NCBI RefSeq assembly: GCF_006345805.1
Contig: NC_043003.1
Span: 62,496,001 to 62,560,000 of the forward strand
Direction of reading: 5' to 3'
Source: Octopus sinensis
Lineage: Eukaryota
Length of the DNA stretch: 64,000 nucleotides
The notes beneath the pieces were generated by a model, which was given only the letters and a program-made list of their open reading frames with translations, was not told the DNA's origin and made no database searches. Below, piece after piece: positions 54,391-64,000 of this stretch. The number at the start of each line of letters is the position of its first letter. The first letter of the stretch is position 1. Made by a program: the position numbers and the translations under genes.

Positions 54391-55536
54391 TACGTGTGTG
54401 TTTGTGTATGAATGTGTGTTTTTTTGACTTGCCATCATGTGATAGTTGTAAATGAGCATCATACAAACTGTCATTCATTTCTAACATTCTGTGCAAATAT
54501 TTCTGGCCATTGAAAAATATTACAGGTGGGAATTTTTGACAGGAATGGCATCTGGTCATAAAAGATTTGTCTCAATAAAGCCATCCAACCCATACAAGTG
54601 GCAATGTTTGTACATTAAAATAGTGATAATGATGATCATCATCATTATATCCTACACTATTGATCTTTTACTCTTGAGAACTTCAAGCTTTCACTATCAA
54701 TTATCTCAAAACAAACTCAACTAAGGTGTTAGAATTTAAATTCAATTATTGTGTTGAAGTCTCATTATTGCATTAAATAATATTTGATTTCAGTAGGTAA
54801 ACAGCTGGTTATTTCATTAAATTTTGTGTAATATTTTATTATTTTAGCTGCTAAAACACAGAGATTATGATCATTTTATAAATATAGTTACAAATGGGTG
54901 AAATGCAAATAAAGTTACTGCTTTTGACACATGACAAACTTATGAATATTGCTGTTTATTTATTGGCACCCCCTAAATTTGAAACAACTTTTATCTGCAT
55001 TATATGTTACCTGGCTTGTCACTTTAGAGCTTCTCTGTTAAAGCATGTACATTCTGAAGTACCATAGAGCTCAGTCATCTCTCATTTAATATTCATCCTT
55101 TTGTATATTAATTTTCCTTTCACAGCTAACATTTCATTTGTGATGACAAATGTTTATAGAAAATCTTCCAGCAATTCCTTATACAAAATCTTCCAGCAAC
55201 TCCTCACATTTCTAATACATCACAAACATTGGTTTTGTCATGATCATACAGTAAACATGGTGCAAATACTTCAAATATCACAATATCGACCGGGCCATCA
55301 GATGTTATTATACACTGCTGGTCACAATGCACTCCCAAGTCTGTCTTGATTGTGCCATTTTTTTCTAGCTTGACTCAGACCTTCCAAGTAGCCTTTTCTG
55401 ATCTCTTGTATACCACTTCACAACTGCATGGGTCCACCTGTTGTCTATGAACATTGCAACATGTCTGGCCCAACAGAGCTTGAACTTTTGGTACTTTGTG
55501 ATCACATTCTAACAAAATTATTTAAGAATTTTTCAG

Positions 55537-55582
55537 TTCAAATTACTTCTATGTAATTAATCCTTCATTTAATGTGTTTCTG
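55537..55582 (+). CDS. Candidate 46-nt exon
   Basis: Acceptor gaatttttcag, donor CTG|gtaagt. The open frame reads SNYFYVINPSFNVFL; the phase is not directly compatible with 56390 in that frame. Confidence 0.3.
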
Positions 55583-56389
55583 GTAAGTGACAATCAGATT
55601 TGTAAATAATAAAAATAGTTATATATGGAGTAAAGAACCACTTTGGTCGTGAGTGACCATGAGATTGTATCTAGAAAGTTACCCTCCAAGGCACAAGTTC
55701 AGGCAAGATCATTTATGGAAGACCAGCAGTAGGCCATGCATGCCATCAATCTTCTCGAAGGGATATGTAACGGCCGATGCAGTTTGGCACCAGTGATGTC
55801 AACTAATTTCATCAGTTGAGTGAACTGGAAGAATGTGAAATAAAGTGTCTTGCTCAAGAACACACACAACCCAATCTGGGAATCAAACTCACTACCTCGC
55901 GATTGTTAGCCCAATACTCTAACCACCAAGCCATATGCCTTCACAGTTATATATAATACACATTATATATGGTGTTGGGTGATATGATACCTGTAATGTT
56001 GATGTCATGATTGTCATCCTCATCATCATTTTACATCCACTTTCCATGCCTTGGATGATTTATTATAGTTCAAGCTGGTTCCCATTTAGTGTTACTATTC
56101 TCCTATGCAGTTTGAAGGAATCATCTCACTTTGTATGTTCTATCTAGGGCATGATTTCTATGGCTAGATGCCCTTTCTGATACCAACCACTTTAAAAAGT
56201 GTACTGGATTTATTTTCTCATCACTTCAACACAAAAGATGCAATCATGGCCCAGACTAAAAGTCCCTACCTTGTCTCTACTCATTTAATAACCACTTTAC
56301 AAAGTGCACAAGAATGGAAAATATTTGAGAGATAATTGCATAGAATTTTTTTTCACTCTTCTTTAATTTTATTTAACCTATCTTTGCAG

Positions 56390-56501
56390 ACTTGGAATTC
56401 CAGAAAATCAGCTGATTCCTGTTACTGAAGCTGACATTGCTAAAGCAAAGTCCTTAAAAAACAGATCATTTGTTAAAAGTAACAGACTTTGGCTTCAAGA
56501 G
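56390..56501 (+). CDS. Best-supported exon (R)LGIPENQLIPVTEADIAKAKSLKNRSFVKSNRLWLQE
   Basis: Strong acceptor atttaacctatctttgcag, donor GAG|gttagt, natural codon and amino-acid composition. The frame stays open 101 codons (to TAG 56694) if the donor is skipped. Confidence 0.6.
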
Positions 56502-57107
56502 GTTAGTTATCAGATATACATACAGTTTTTGTTTCCTGTCTTTTTTATATCACTTAGAGAAGAAAATAGCAGCACCCATGACCATTTTCAGAGCACCACT
56601 GAAAGTGAGAAAATTATCCTCAAACCAAAACCCAGGTCCAAAAAACAGGTACTTTGTGGAGTACAGATACCTAAGAACACCTGGGTACCATTGTAGATAC
56701 CAAAGTATCTGGTTGTTGTATCATTTTACTTCAAGTAATGTCATTTATATTCTGATACCTACACTACAGAAGAAAAAATTACTGTTTCTTGTTTTGTGTT
56801 TTTCTAAAGAATCATTAAGAATAATATTGGTGTTGATATTGAAAATCAGTTTAAAACTATTTCAATATAAGAAACACCATCATTCATTGATAAGGGAAGT
56901 GGATATTATGATTGATCTTGTAATGACTTAGATACATGCTGTTTCATAAAATAATCCAACTCTGATAGATTTCTTTTTTTATATCTTGTATGGTTGTTAA
57001 TTGATTAATTGAAAACTATTCCTTTAAAATTATTTCCTTTCTGAAAATCTATTTTCTTTGTTCATTTTTTAAGTAGGCAGTTTCAGTGTTGATTAATGTA
57101 TGTATGG

Positions 57108-57145
<38 letters not shown>

Positions 57146-57331
57146 ATGTGTGTGTTTGTGAGGATGTGTGTATATGTGGAGTGTGTGGTGCTATCTCGTT
57201 TGTGTAGATTTCTTTTTCCATCTTGTCAGAGAATATGTAAATGATGCAAGAGTCTCTAATGGATTTATGTAGTCATTTAATAGGCTTAGCAAGCTACTGT
57301 TATAACATCTATATCTTACTTTTCTTATCAG

Positions 57332-57418
57332 GTTGATGAGTCAATTCCAAAGATTTTAAGTCTTTTAGAATTTAGCAAAAGATTCATTGCTATTAGTGAT
57401 ATTACTTTCATTTCATAG
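57332..57418 (+). CDS. Candidate (terminal?) exon VDESIPKILSLLEFSKRFIAISDITFIS*
   Basis: Acceptor atatcttacttttcttatcag; phase 0 matches the 56501 donor. Confidence 0.45.
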   Translation, partial: VDESIPKILSLLEFSKRFIAISDITFIS

Positions 57419-57654
57419 TGATTCCTGGGCTGAAAATAGAGATTGGGAATATGTTGACATCTGTGAAGCACAGGCATGGCTGTTTCATTAAGACATTTAT
57501 TTCATTATCTAGGTCTTATATTTGGTCCCATTGTGTTCCCTTTGGGGTAGGTTTCTTCCATTATAGCAATCCTGGACCAACCAGTGAATTTAGTAGCCCC
57601 TTGTGTAGTTATATGTCTGTATGTATATATGTGTGTGTATATATATATATTCTT

Positions 57655-57840
57655 TTACTCATTTGACTGTAGCCATGCTGGAGCACCGCCTTTAGTCGAA
57701 GAAATTGACCCCAGGACTGATTCTTTGTAAGCCTAGTATTTATCCTATTGGTCTCTTTTGCCGAACCGCTAAGTTATGGGAACATAAATACACCAACATT
57801 TGTTGTCAAGCAATGGTGGGGGGACAAACACAGACATACA

Positions 57841-57874
<34 letters not shown>

Positions 57875-58044
57875 GAAGGGTTTCTTTCAGTTTCCATCTA
57901 CCAAATCCACTCACAAAGCTTTGGTCAGCCTGAGGCTATAGGCTATAGCAGAAGATATTTGCTCAAGGTGCCACACGGCAGGACTGAACCCAGAGCTATG
58001 TGGTTGGTAAGCATGCTACTTACCACACAGCCACACCTGCACCA

Positions 58045-58045
<1 letters not shown>
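57655..58045 (-). mobile_element. tRNA-derived SINE family A, full length, inverted relative to 54001
   Basis: Reverse complement aligns along the length of 54001-54390. Confidence 0.9.
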
Positions 58046-58194
<149 letters not shown>

Positions 58195-58385
58195 GAAATA
58201 GTAACCAATTTTGGCTGCTATTTCTAATATTTTCGGTATGTGGTTTTGAGCAACTTGTTGCATTTAACCCTTTATTATAATTATTATAACCCTTACCAAA
58301 TATGGTCTTTTCCATACCGACAAATCTACTAGGTGAAATTGATTAATTTTATTAAATTAATTACATTCCACCCTTTGTTGAATAC

Positions 58386-58419
<34 letters not shown>

Positions 58420-58585
58420 GATGTGTGTATTTTTCCCTTGTTAACAATTAACAGGGAAAAAATATAAATAGTTACCAGGGGAGCAAAAATCATACAAGTA
58501 AAAAGGTTGTAACTCCATATTTTTAAAGGTAGAAACTTCAGGTTTACGTGAAACATTTTGTATAATATATATATATATATAAATA

Positions 58586-58668
58586 AATGGAGTTAAATGC
58601 AGGTGTTATTCAAATTCTTTTACTTCCAGAAGTAAAAGAATTGAATAGCACCTGCGTTTAACTCCATT
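58586..58668. repeat. ~40-bp palindrome with a 2-nt loop
   Basis: aatggagttaaatgcaggtgttattcaaattcttttacttc-ca-gaagtaaaagaattgaatagcacctgcgtttaactccatt. Confidence 0.9.
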
Positions 58669-58727
58669 CATATGTGTGTGTTTGTGTGTCTGTGTATATA
58701 TTCATATATATATATGTATATATTTAT

Positions 58728-58760
<33 letters not shown>

Positions 58761-58871
58761 GTATTTATATATATTTTATATATATATATTATATATATAT
58801 ATATATATCGATATCTAAATATCGAAATTATATTTATATATATATTTATATATATTTTCTATACACACACA

Positions 58872-58904
<33 letters not shown>

Positions 58905-58912
<8 letters not shown>

Positions 58913-59345
58913 GGGAACTCAAAATTTATCCACACTTTCACCCGAAAATATCTTTATTATTGTCACACTGCCTTCTGCGCATTCGTGCTTATAGTTGGTA
59001 CTATTGTGGTCATGTGATCGAAGTTTGAGCCTGACCATGCCACTTTTTCTTCTAGCTTTACAGTGTAATCATGGCCACTCCAGTAACAATGTGCACCAAA
59101 GAAGGACAAAGAGCAGTGATCCGATTTCTCTGGTTGGAAGGTGTGTCAAGTGCTGAAATTCATCGGAAGCTTTTAGCACAATACGGAGACATAGAAGTGT
59201 GTATGAGTGGATTGAGAAGTTTGAAAGTGACTGGATAAGTGTGATGCATGAAGAAGGAGCAGGACGCCTGTCAACTTCCACACTGGCAAGAAGATTCAGC
59301 AAGCTCAAGAGATGGTAATGGTGAACCAGTTCATTACTACCATCT
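58905..59345 (+). mobile_element. Mariner (Tc1/mariner) 5' fragment with transposase HTH
   Basis: ATG 59071: MATPVTMCTKEGQRAVIRFLWLEGVSSAEIHRKLLAQYGD/RSVYEWIEKF...HEEGAGR; deleted downstream. Confidence 0.85.
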
Positions 59346-62089
59346 CTCGGATCACTGTTCTTTGTTCTTCTCTGGTGCACATTGCTAGTGAGAAGTTTTC
59401 TTGTTAAGTGTGAGTGAGACACCCAGCACTTCTAAAACTCAATTTCACTGACGTGGGCAGGTTTTCTCAAGAACCTCATGTCACCAGACATCTTGGTCCA
59501 TTGTCATTTCCTCCATGAAGCCCAACATCCGGAGATCGGTCCTTAATACTTCATCTGTCTTACTAGGTCTCCTTATTCCACATGGAAGGCAGACATTAAG
59601 CGATGATGATGATGATGACACACACACACATTATGCACATATCTGTGTTATCATTTTTTTGCCTTGATATCATGTGATAATTGTAAATGAATGCCACCAT
59701 CAAACAAGTGGTGTTATCTGTGTCTGTAAAAAGTTGCTTTGTCATGAGAAAGTATTATCATACTTGGAAAAAGTTAAGTGTTAATGACATGAGGGGCATC
59801 CAGCCATAGAAAATTCCTCTCAACAAATTTCATCTGACACATGTGAGCATGGAAAAGTAGACGTTAAAATGATGATGATAATATATTGCTCTCTCTTTCT
59901 CTCTCTCTATTCTCATTCTACCCCTTAGTTACTGAAAGAGATGTACATGCTCTAGGCTATTGAGTACTCTCTTCACTTACACTTTTACCCCTACCTCTCA
60001 ACTACTTTTTGCAGGTCTTTCTGCTATCATTCCTACTCTTATTTTTCTCCTCATTCTATGCCCTTTCAAGTCACTCAGTACTCTTTATATTTACTATGTA
60101 TAAGGCAGCCTTCCATTTGTACTGGTGTCATGGTGTAACAGCCCCACCCACCCCTATCATGCTACTTTTACATGTGACCGGGGCCCAATATACATGCGAC
60201 TAGGCACCACATGTGAACTTGTATTCCCATTGAAATTCTGAACATGAACTCTACACCTCCACAGCAAATGTGACCTATGACTATGGCACCTGCAATATCC
60301 AGCATGCTTGCTCTCCCTGTTGTGGGCAGAAGTACTACTTTTCTGGAACATTGGGATCCATTACAACCTTGACTGTGGTCAGCATTCGTGAGGGACATTG
60401 TGAACCTGGTGGTCAGAGCTGGCTCAACCCACTACAATTAAATGCTACCACAAGTATAGGTGATTTCTGAATGCAGCTACCTCCCTAGTGCCGCATTTGT
60501 ATCCAATACTCATTGTAAACTGGTTGGTAAATGAACAAAAAGCCATAGAATTTTGAGGTTTCATTAATCTGGTCTTCCTGAAGACTGCCCAGCCTATCTA
60601 GTGTTGGTGCTATTAGAAGATTCATCAAGTACCCTCTGTAAGGTGGTTAGCAATAGGAAAGGTATCCATCCATAGAGCTCAAGTCAAAATAGTATGTACA
60701 AGCACCAGTTTATAGGAGCAGTGGCTCCCAATAAGCAATGACTCTGACCATTATGACCTATCCATCCCCTACCAGCTTGCAAAGCAGACATGCAGTAATA
60801 ATGGTGACCATGATGATATATAAGCACATACATATATACATACACAAATACATATGTATACACACATATACATAATACATTACGTAGGGGCATGTGGTAA
60901 GAAATTTGCTTCCCAACCATATGGTTCCAGGTTCAGTCCCACTTTGTGGCACCTCAAGCAGGTGTCTTCTACTATGGCCTTGGGCTGGCCAAAGCCTTAT
61001 GAGTGTATCTGGTAGACAGAAACTGAAAGAAGCCAGCTGTGTGTGTGTTTGTCCTCCACCACTGCTAGACAACTGGTGTTGGTTTGTTTATATCCTTCTT
61101 ACTTAGTAGTTTGGCAAAAACACTATATTTTAAAAAATAAATCCTGAGGTTGATTTATTCGACTACAAATTCTTCAAGGAGATGCTCCAGTATGGGTGCA
61201 GTCTAATGCAAGTAAAAAATAAAAGATAAAAGATATGTGTGCGTGTACATTTATACATATGCATGTATTTATAAACATGTGTGTGGGTGCATATATATTT
61301 ATATATATATACACACATGTATGCATATTTGTATAAACATATGTGTAGTGATTCTGTATGTATCTGTGCAGTTTATTAAACTATTTAAATATAGGGCAAC
61401 AAACAACAGAAGTAGTGCAAGAAAAGAATCTTTTTAAATCCTGACTCAAAAGTGCAGTAGTTGACCTGAATAGAAGAAACAATACTTTACCCACATCAGC
61501 ACACAAGGCGACCTCCCCTAATAAATCCATTGTTAGTGCCCCACATCCTACTTCCTCACATATATCAAAGTTTTTTACTTATAAATACCAGGTCTGTTAA
61601 CAAATGTGTAAATGGTGCATAATCCCTGATGTGAGGTATATGATACAGAATAACACATGTTGAAAAACATGTTCTATTTTGTTTTGACGGGGAAAGAAGA
61701 AAGAAATGTTGGTGAAGAATTTATATACATACACCATTAGTTTTGCTGTGAGACATTAAATCTGTATTTGACACTCCAAAAGTACATAAAAAAATGTCAT
61801 CATAAAATGTACAACATATTAACTACCAGATGTGCAAATTGTAGCACAAATTTTGACCAAAGTTTCATTATGAAGGAAATGATTTTAACCCCTGACTCAG
61901 TTTCACTAGAGTATAATTGTGTCAGGCACAGACATGGTTGTGTGGCTAAGAAGCTTGCCTCCTAACCATGTGGTTTTAGGTTCAGTTCTGCTGCACAGCA
62001 CTGTGGGCAAGTGTCTTTCTACTATAATCCCAGGCTCACCAAAGTTTTGTGAGTAGATTTAATTGACTGGAACTAAAAGCAGCCTGTCT

Positions 62090-62140
<51 letters not shown>

Positions 62141-62674
62141 TATGTATATGTATGTGTATATATAAGACAAGGTATTACTAATAGGCTTTACATATTTTTT
62201 CATTCTTGCAAAAAAGCTGTTAGTTGAATTTATAAGAATAAAGAAATATGTAAAGACCATTATTTATACCTTGTCTTGTATATGACTGCATAAACAACAG
62301 TTTTTAACTGGGAATACAACCATGGATTTACAGTAGAGAATGGAGATGAACTATAACCTTGGACCCTGCCATAAGCATATACAGAGTTCTTTACTAATCT
62401 AAAACATTTTGTTAGCCTTGTGTATTTGTATTAACACAGAGCTTATAAAGTATTTGATAATCCCTTATTAATAACTGTTTATATATATAATATATAATGA
62501 AATGATTGTATACAGTGCTCAGGTGCACCACAACTCATCAATAGTACGTATAAAGCATATGCAGCAATGTACAAATATCTGGGAAGTAAACAGTGTATGA
62601 GTCAGATACATGCTTGCATGTGTATGGAGGGGAGAAAATCAGATGGAGTGTTGGCAAATCTCAGGAAGCATGGG

Positions 62675-63550
62675 AGGCACCCAAAGGGCTAGGTTAGGGT
62701 TAATGTTAAACTATAAGTGTTAAACTATATATGTTATAACATATAAGGTGTTGTGAAAGACGTGTCTAACTATGGGGAAATATTACCTTATTAAGTAACT
62801 GGTGAAAGTTTTCAACAGGAAGGGCTACAGAAAATCTATCTCAGCAAATTCCACCTGACTCATGCAAAAGGGGGAAACTTAAATGACAATAACAGTGAGA
62901 ATTAGTTTACAGAACTGTAAGAATATTGGACTGGTTCTTTTGCAGTATATATCAAAATTGTAGTCGTGGCCAGTGCTGCCTGACTGGTACCTATGCTGGT
63001 GGCATGAAATAAGTACCATTCGAGTGTGGGTTGATGATAATGCTGCCTGACTGGCTCCCTGTGCCTGTGGAATGTAAAAATCACCATCCGAATGTTGTTG
63101 ATGCCAGTGCTCGCTGACTGGCTCCCATGCCAGTGGCATGTAAAAAGCACCATGTGAACGTGGTTGATACCAGTACCCTCTTACTGGCTCGCATGCTGGT
63201 GGCACATAAAAAGCACCATCCAAACATAGTCAGTGCTAGTGCCTCTTGACTGGCTCTCATGCTGGTGGCACATAAAAGGCACCCACTACACTCTCTGAGT
63301 GGTTGGCATCCAGCTCTAGAAACATTACCAGATCAGATTGGAGCATGGCACAGCCTCCTGGTTTGCCATACCTCAGTCAAAATGTCCAACCCATGCCAGC
63401 ATGGAAAACGGACGTTAAACAATGTTGATGATGATGATTCCTCTATTTTCTTTTGGTTCTGAGTTCAAATCCTATCATGGCTTGCTTGAGTGGTAGTCTG
63501 ACTTCATTGTCCAGTTTAACACTAACCCTAACCTGGCCCTTTGGGTGCCT
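62675..63550. mobile_element. Possible TIR element with 38-bp inverted ends, interrupted by the RTE-tail element
   Basis: 62675-62712 aggcacccaaagggctaggttagggttaatgttaaact versus the reverse complement of 63513-63550 (2 mismatches). Confidence 0.6.
62935..63435 (+). mobile_element. RTE-3'UTR-type element with about five ~65-bp internal tandem repeats. Related copies: ~4688-5190-, 6100-6450-, 10700-10950+, 15850-16020+, 19810-19990-, 20390-20570+, 30310-30580+, 38230-38400+, 46340-46530+, 52010-52345+, 56020-56330-, 60600-60820+
   Basis: Repeating ggcac(g/a)taaaaagcacc..ctgactggctc unit, then ggcatccagct(g/c)tagaaac...ccatgccagcatggaaaacggacgttaaac and a (GAT)n tail. Confidence 0.9.
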
Positions 63551-63809
63551 TTACCAGAATCTATTCTGTTGCAATCATTTGGGTTAGATTTCTGGTCTGA
63601 GGTTGCCATCTTCCTGTCATCTCTGAGTCTTGACAGTTCTGTAATGGATCATGGGCTCCTGACTAAAAAAAAATAAAGATTAAAAAGAGAAGTCAGCATG
63701 ATTAAACAATAAGTAAATTGAGAATGTATTGGTGACATTCATTACAGGGGAAGACCTATCTTGCTTGTATAGGCATGATGAAACAGGTGTTAGAAATTTG
63801 TATACATAT

Positions 63810-64000
63810 GTGTATATATATCAGCTGGATGGAGGGTGACACTCTTGCAAAGGTAGTTTTCTATGCTGAACTGTGTTAGGGCAAGTGGAACCATGGTGGC
63901 CAGAGGTTGCAATACAGAGGTGTGCTGAAAAAATATATGAAGAACTCCAGGATCTCTCTAGATACCTGAGAGGAGAAGACCCTGCTGCACGATGAATGGC
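63810..64000 (+). mobile_element. BovB-like RTE LINE C-terminal fragment, runs off the window
   Basis: LAKVVFYAELC*GKWNHGGQRLQYRGVLKKYMK...W resembles the RTE LPKxxxYGEL...GGQRKRYKD motif. Confidence 0.7.

Larger units (their letters stand above)
9172..57418 (+). other. Putative large multi-exon gene (or decaying pseudogene), product unidentified
   Basis: About 14 short stop-free or nearly stop-free segments, all on the + strand, bounded by polypyrimidine-AG acceptors and GT(A/G)AG-type donors. Runs such as 45400-45431 > 47871-47924 > 49275-49299 and 56390-56501 > 57332 join in phase. I recognise no domain; the exon set is hand-picked and incomplete. Confidence 0.45.

Noticed and set aside
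56464-56505. Kinase-like HLLKVTDFGFKR in the +1 frame
   Set aside because: No HRD, VAIK or APE motifs at suitable spacing; overlaps a better-looking exon frame.
39076-56931. Stop-codon reassignment (TAA/TAG=Gln) or U-to-C editing to explain the in-frame stops
   Set aside because: TGA stops and frameshifts also occur, many CAA/CAG codons remain, and ordinary C-to-T decay or mis-parsing is sufficient.

Overview
AT-rich eukaryotic genomic DNA, packed with microsatellites and interspersed repeats. The SINE/LINE repertoire looks like that of octopus genomes (inference from recall, not a database search). There are no prokaryotic genes, rRNA, true tRNA genes or CRISPR arrays. Nearly all ORFs in the supplied track are by-products of simple repeats or transposons. 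The window contains three main things. (1) A series of + strand candidate exons from about 9.2 kb to 57.4 kb. They have good AG/GT sites and partly consistent phases and belong to an unidentified large gene. Several are clean, while others carry isolated in-frame stops, so the gene may be intact or a decaying pseudogene. (2) Many tRNA-derived SINEs (at least three families), RTE-clade LINE fragments (one with a PHD-like finger, two BovB-like), a Penelope-like RT fragment, a mariner fragment, hAT and Tigger-like MITEs, and solo-LTR-like elements. (3) Two sequence-unrelated type I hammerhead-ribozyme folds on the - strand (29059-29122 and 36931-36996) that share the same architecture. One of them sits in a 414-bp unit bounded by 33-bp direct repeats (retrozyme-like). 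These folds are the most interesting signal. There are also several long palindromes embedded in (TA)n tracts.
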